Shown here piece by piece: positions 35,654 through 39,081 of a stretch of 39,081 nucleotides of DNA (position 1 is its first letter; every line of letters starts with the position of its first letter). The DNA is taken from positions 1-39,081 of the IMG/VR virus record IMGVR_UViG_3300044477_000047. The stretch is one strand, 5' to 3'. The stretch is from a virus (Duplodnaviria > Caudoviricetes). The position numbers and the translations under genes were made by a program. Below the pieces are notes generated by a model, which did not search any database, was not told the origin of the DNA, and worked only from the letters and a program-made list of their open reading frames with translations.

Positions 35654-36327
35654 GTGTTCAACCCTTTCGGCACAACGCATTCACCTAGATATTGCTCAAA
35701 ATTTGTCGCTGAAAACAGCGTTGCAGGGCGTAGGTACTGTGCCATTTTCGGATCTGATCCCCATTCCCTGTTTTTCCTGGCGATCACGGTAAAGCAATCC
35801 TGAACGCTTGCCCCCGACTTTAGACGCGCTGCGATGAGTTTCAAGTTTGAATCAACCGGCCTAAAAGCCTTACCTGTTTTTTCATTCAAAAATTCTAAAA
35901 CAGAAACAGCGTCGGATTTCTGCGAAGCAGAAAACGACAATATATCTCTCTTCTTTCTTACTTCTTCTTCTTCTTCTTCTTTCTTAATTCTACGTTGCAT
36001 GCCGCGTAAACACGGGTCCGAGTCGTTTACGTCTTGCGGAATTGACATTGATATCATTGACGATTTCTCAAAATGTTTTAACGCTGATTTTATTTCCTCG
36101 GCATCAACCCCAGTTTGGTAAGAGGAATAGTCAACATTTAACGAGAACTCTGCACCCCTATTTTTGGCCGCTTGTCCAATCAGATAAATCCAAAACCATT
36201 TTTGAGCGGGGGTAATTCCAAATAAACCGGGGCTGTTGAAAATATCCACATAAACCTTAAACCAGATTATTTTTTTGTAATCAGCGCGTGGATGATACTT
36301 TGACCAGTTAATTACCTTAATTTTCAC
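35650..36327 (-). CDS. Replication initiator / replisome organizer with conserved phage C-terminal domain
   Basis: N-terminal NWSKY..WFKV. C-terminal FLNEKTGKAF and QYLRPATLF..NFEQYL. Confidence 0.8.
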   Translation of the reverse strand: MKIKVINWSKYHPRADYKKIIWFKVYVDIFNSPGLFGITPAQKWFWIYLIGQAAKNRGAEFSLNVDYSSYQTGVDAEEIKSALKHFEKSSMISMSIPQDVNDSDPCLRGMQRRIKKEEEEEEVRKKRDILSFSASQKSDAVSVLEFLNEKTGKAFRPVDSNLKLIAARLKSGASVQDCFTVIARKNREWGSDPKMAQYLRPATLFSATNFEQYLGECVVPKGLNT

Positions 36328-36354
36328 GCTGTCCCCAATCTCTGCCCCATAACA

Positions 36355-36489
36355 GAAAGAAAAACCCTCATACCTGTGTGCGCAAGTATGAGGGTCGGTG
36401 TGGGCGCTTTCACGCCCAAAAAAACCACACGTCGCACAACGCGTTAATGTCTTGTTGCGTCAAATAAAACAGAACCTTGGGAATGTCAA
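36355..36489 (-). promoter_or_regulatory. Promoter plus kissing-loop attenuator leader A
   Basis: TTGACA-N17-TATTTG. Hairpin loop UGUGCG, GAAA tetraloop hairpin, then a 13-bp terminator with loop CGCACA and a U tract. Confidence 0.7.
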
Positions 36490-36496
36490 ACCAAAA

Positions 36497-37138
36497 TCAG
36501 AACGCCAGCCGCTTTTCCGCAGCACCAAGCGCCTCGTTGATTTGTTTTCGCTCCTCCGCCGTCCATTCCCGTTTCTGGATGTTCAAATCGAGGCTTGCGA
36601 GGTTTTCACCGCTGGTGCATTCGGCGATTGCAGTCAAGCACTGTTTCAGGTTCCCGCGTGGACGTTCGGCGGATTTTGCCGTGTCAAAATTCGGGGATGC
36701 AGTGTTCGGCTTCGGCGCTGGTTTCGTCTTAGGATTTTTTTCGGTGTTTTCCCGTCCCTGCGCTGCTTCCCCGTCGTCATCATCTCCAGTTGCAATGCCC
36801 AGCATGGCCGACAGAGAGTAGCGGCGCGCATAAGACATTGCAGAGCCGATGCCTTGGGGGTCGGATTTCACTGGGTTCACTGGGTATTCCGCGCTGATCC
36901 ACTCCCCTGACACATGCAGGATGACGCACTCAAGGCGATTACCATCGGCGTTCGGGAGGTGAAGGAACGAAAGTCCATGCTTCCCGAGTACGGGACGGAT
37001 TGCCTCAACAATCGAATCTAGCGGAGCATAATTTGATTTGTAAAATGGGTTTTTCGCGTCTTTACCCACTGTTGTAAACTCCGATTGCGCAGCGCAAAGT
37101 GCTTTCGCCAAGTTGACGATCGATTCTGACTTATTCAT
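36497..37138 (-). CDS. erf: ERF-family single-strand annealing protein
   Basis: Motifs NPFYKSNYAPL, HVSGEWI, QGIGSAMSYARRYSL and DDDG. Confidence 0.92.
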   Translation of the reverse strand: MNKSESIVNLAKALCAAQSEFTTVGKDAKNPFYKSNYAPLDSIVEAIRPVLGKHGLSFLHLPNADGNRLECVILHVSGEWISAEYPVNPVKSDPQGIGSAMSYARRYSLSAMLGIATGDDDDGEAAQGRENTEKNPKTKPAPKPNTASPNFDTAKSAERPRGNLKQCLTAIAECTSGENLASLDLNIQKREWTAEERKQINEALGAAEKRLAF

Positions 37139-37139
37139 T

Positions 37140-37664
37140 TTACTTCCTCCGGATGGTGAGTTTCGTTCCTGTTTGCAGTTTCGCACCTGGAACGTCGATC
37201 AGTGATTTTATATCGGCAGCGATTTTCTTTGTGTCGAACGATTCAGTCACCTTTCTGATTTTATAGGCATCGGGGACTTCATGTTCGTTTTCGATTGATA
37301 CGCTGGTAGTTTTCCCCAGTGTGAAACGCACGCATTCCGTCTCCAGTGAGTTTAAATCACGTTTTGACATGGAACACTTAACACGTTCCTTGATGCGTTC
37401 CTGAAGAGTTTCTGCGCTTTTGGCAAGGGTGTAATAAAAATCAGCGATGCGCTTAAGTCGTTCGGTTTCCGAATCGAGACGGTCAATTACAGAAACAATC
37501 GCATTCATCTTGTCTTTTTCCAAAAGTTCAATCGAATTCAATTGAGCTTCGATATCTGGAGTTAGTTCTCCCGCATCGTTTGTGATCTGTTCGATCAGCG
37601 TTTGTTTTTCGGCCAGTATCATTTCAAAAGTCTTTTTTTCCACAGTTTTCACAGGGTTTTCCAC
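37140..37664 (-). CDS. Siphovirus Gp157-like protein
   Basis: Coiled coil with C-terminal VPDAY..DTKKI..VPGAKL; adjacent to ERF. Confidence 0.8.
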   Translation of the reverse strand: MENPVKTVEKKTFEMILAEKQTLIEQITNDAGELTPDIEAQLNSIELLEKDKMNAIVSVIDRLDSETERLKRIADFYYTLAKSAETLQERIKERVKCSMSKRDLNSLETECVRFTLGKTTSVSIENEHEVPDAYKIRKVTESFDTKKIAADIKSLIDVPGAKLQTGTKLTIRRK

Positions 37665-37676
37665 AAGCGGCCTCCT

Positions 37677-37928
37677 TCAGTTTAAAGCAATGATTTCGAT
37701 GGGAAGAAAAAGATTCACCCGGTTTTCTGAACCAAAAAGCACGGCTACATCCTCGGCGCGCATTCCCGTTTCCGAATACGTCACGACATGCAGCGGTGTA
37801 TGCCCCATACTCACCATGATGTTCGGATCACGGATTACGTGCCTCTCGACTGTATGGATACTCAACGCACACGATGCTTTTTTCAGATATTCAGTTGACA
37901 AATTACTGACTAGAAATTGTTTTTTCAT
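37677..37928 (-). CDS. Hypothetical early protein
   Basis: Operon tiling; GGGGTG RBS. Confidence 0.55.
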   Translation of the reverse strand: MKKQFLVSNLSTEYLKKASCALSIHTVERHVIRDPNIMVSMGHTPLHVVTYSETGMRAEDVAVLFGSENRVNLFLPIEIIALN

Positions 37929-37937
37929 TTTACACCC

Positions 37938-38222
37938 CTAATCCGACGAATCCCAACAAGTCGAAAAACGAAAACAGAAAAATGCATCTGATTTTATTTC
38001 TGTTTCTAATATCGGGGTCCATCCTGGGCACTCGTTATTTTTCAAAAAATCCTTGATTGTTTTCATCTCTTCAAAATTCGGACGCGTTCTAAAAGTGATA
38101 AATCTGCGATAGTCTCTCAAGCCCCTTTCCGGGCGAGACGTGCCGGAATCATAAAACCATCCGGTATCGGTGATTATTTTTATTCCCGGTGGGTCAAGTA
38201 ATTTTTTAACAGTTTTTGTCAT
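37938..38222 (-). CDS. Hypothetical early protein
   Basis: ATGA-coupled. Confidence 0.6.
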   Translation of the reverse strand: MTKTVKKLLDPPGIKIITDTGWFYDSGTSRPERGLRDYRRFITFRTRPNFEEMKTIKDFLKNNECPGWTPILETEIKSDAFFCFRFSTCWDSSD

Positions 38223-38500
38223 TTAATCCCAGACCTCTGATCAAGTGCGTCGCTTGCATGCTTTTGAGATTTTAGAAAATCCGAAAATGATGGGTGATAA
38301 TTTTCGTCATCGAACTCTATTGTTGAGAAAGCCTTCTCGGAAATTTGACAGCGAGAAAAAAACTCAACATCGCGCCAGTAGGCTCGTATTTGAGTTTCAT
38401 CCCTGAATGGGGCCATTTCGTGGAAGTTCCCGGAATCCGCTCCAACAAAGCGACTTATAACATCAGCGGTCATCGGTGTCAGGCCATTGTCTATTGCCAT
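38219..38500 (-). CDS. Hypothetical early protein (first gene of the early operon)
   Basis: GGAGG RBS after a ~235-bp non-coding region. Confidence 0.65.
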   Translation of the reverse strand: MAIDNGLTPMTADVISRFVGADSGNFHEMAPFRDETQIRAYWRDVEFFSRCQISEKAFSTIEFDDENYHPSFSDFLKSQKHASDALDQRSGIK

Positions 38501-38687
38501 AATCCCTCCGTCATTTATCAGCGTTACAGTTATATAATGCTATATCTGTACCAATATATCAGATGCGGGACCATTGATGTTTTCTGCTTTCCGACAAAGC
38601 GCCGTTAATTTGTTGGTCATAAGTTCGGAAAACAGTAGTGATTTTAGGCGTCGAACTTTTGTTCAGTTCTTGGGTGTTTTACAGTCC

Positions 38688-38718
38688 GAAAGTAGGGGGA
38701 AGCATTGCGCTCCCCCCA
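38688..38718 (-). terminator. Probable terminator at the end of the lysis/late operon
   Basis: GGGGGAGC/GCTTCCCC hairpin after the holin; weak U tract. Confidence 0.5.
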
Positions 38719-38735
38719 TATAATGTTACAAAAAA

Positions 38736-38924
38736 TCACTTCATCTTGACAGAGTTTGCCTTGATTTCTGCGCGTTTCTGCCAGGCGTTTGCGGCGGCAA
38801 CAAACCCAACGCATCCCATGATGTACTTCGCAACGTGGACATCACGGAATGCGCCAAGGAGTCCGAGCGTGACTATACCGGTGAAACAGATGAACGTCCT
38901 ACGGCATGTCCACATGTGTTTCAT
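38736..38924 (-). CDS. Putative holin (2 TM, basic C-tail)
   Basis: 62 aa with two hydrophobic segments. Last gene of the lysis cassette on the circle. Confidence 0.65.
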   Translation of the reverse strand: MKHMWTCRRTFICFTGIVTLGLLGAFRDVHVAKYIMGCVGFVAAANAWQKRAEIKANSVKMK

Positions 38925-38954
38925 TTCGGGACCTCATAGAGGCATTTCACGCCG

Positions 38955-39081
38955 TCTTTTCGGCAAAGAACTTCAACGAATGTCTTGATTCTATTCCAGT
39001 CCCTAACGCTCATGCACTTTGCCCCGTCAGTCTTTTCGTTAAGATCAGGCTCAAGGTACGAAAGGAACTCTGATGCAGTCA
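38955..39081. repeat. 127-bp terminal direct repeat (copy 2)
   Basis: Identical to 1-127. Confidence 0.95.

Noticed and set aside
35945-35985. Replication origin iterons in the initiator linker (GAA run)
   Set aside because: Only a simple purine tract encoding KKEEEEEE; no clear iterons.
38955-39081. 127-bp terminal repeat as biological DTR or att site
   Set aside because: The length equals a common assembler k-mer and the repeat falls inside a gene; best explained as circular overlap.

Overview
The window is an apparently complete, circularly assembled tailed-phage genome. It has 38,954 unique bp; positions 1-127 are repeated at 38955-39081. Essentially every real gene is on the minus strand, and many are coupled by ATGA stop/start overlaps. 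Reading the minus strand from ~38500 downward gives four modules. (1) Early/recombination/replication genes: Gp157-like, ERF, replication initiator, DUF6745-like repeat protein and its HGDV partner. (2) DNA-modification genes: an HhH-GPD-like protein, a helicase-N4/N6-MTase fusion, and a nested two-frame C5-MTase whose alpha frame has an internal TGA. (3) Small accessory genes and a separately bracketed fibre gene with a signal peptide. (4) Terminase, head, a siphovirus-type tail with a -1 frameshifted chaperone, tail tip/fibres and a lysis cassette (M15 peptidase, lipoprotein, holin) that crosses the assembly junction. I found no integrase, repressor, reverse transcriptase, tRNA or CRISPR array. 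The most unusual signal is three leader RNAs with unrelated sequences but the same architecture: promoter, hairpin, spacer, terminator. In each, the first hairpin loop has 6 nt exactly complementary to the terminator loop. Family names come from recognising motifs by eye, not from database searches.
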